Assembly: GCA_951406725.2 (NCBI GenBank)
Contig: OX597825.1
Coordinates: 41,974,001-42,038,000, forward strand
Direction of reading: 5' to 3'
DNA length: 64,000 nucleotides
From: Octopus vulgaris
Taxonomy: Eukaryota
The notes under the pieces are model-generated. The model searched no databases. It worked only from the letters and a program-made list of their open reading frames with translations, and was not told the DNA's origin. This document shows, in pieces, positions 63,616-64,000 of this stretch (its first letter is position 1; every line of letters starts with the position of its first letter). A program made the position numbers and the translations under genes.

Positions 63616-64000
63616 ACACATATATAAAATATATATATAGATACATAAATATATATATATATTATATGTAGAAAAATACAAACTGGGACAAGAACGTAAA
63701 ACATTTAGAAGACGAAAAAAAAAACACGAAGCCTTCAATCTTCAGTCAAGAACCAGATCATCCTAACAATTTCGCTTGATTAATCTTGAGATCGCTCCGA
63801 TCCGGCCAGCCCCGAGGAAAAACTAAGCTATGAGCATTAGATTTCTTGGAAAAAGGATCGAATGTATACGAAACAGGGACAGAAAAATGGATGATGCCAC
63901 ACGAATATAAAATACAAAAAACAATACATATATATAGATATATTTATGTATACACACACATACATACATACATATATATATATATCAATATAGTATAAAA

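Noticed and set aside
63730-63770. Minus-strand CTGAAGA in a repeat near the window end
   Set aside because: No matching GAAA or stem III nearby.
1-64000. CRISPR arrays or prokaryotic operons
   Set aside because: There are no regularly spaced repeat-spacer arrays, and the DNA is clearly eukaryotic repeat-rich sequence.

Overview
This is AT-rich eukaryotic DNA dense in microsatellites. Its SINE and non-autonomous repeat families look like those of octopus (recognised from memory, not verified). No intact host protein-coding gene can be supported, and most ORFs in the track are microsatellite artefacts. The window is mostly decayed transposons: RTE-clade LINEs, a HERO-like RLE retroelement, a Gypsy integrase with LTR, DD37D (maT) and mariner elements, hAT, Chapaev3-like and Helitron remnants, tRNA-SINEs and MITEs. 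It also holds at least seven Penelope-like element (PLE) fragments with GIY-YIG endonuclease, including a ~2.1-kb fold-back palindrome at 49.3-51.3 kb. The most interesting signal is a set of type I hammerhead ribozyme (HHR) motifs. Some lie at PLE 3' ends. Others lie in small non-coding, structured units of 354, ~445 and 464 bp next to (TA)n tracts. Two of these units are terminally redundant (~1.2 copies), as expected from reverse transcription of a circular RNA (retrozyme-like). One carries a compensatory U3-A8 catalytic core. Patches of CpG retention and splice-like signals hint at unidentified minus-strand host genes.
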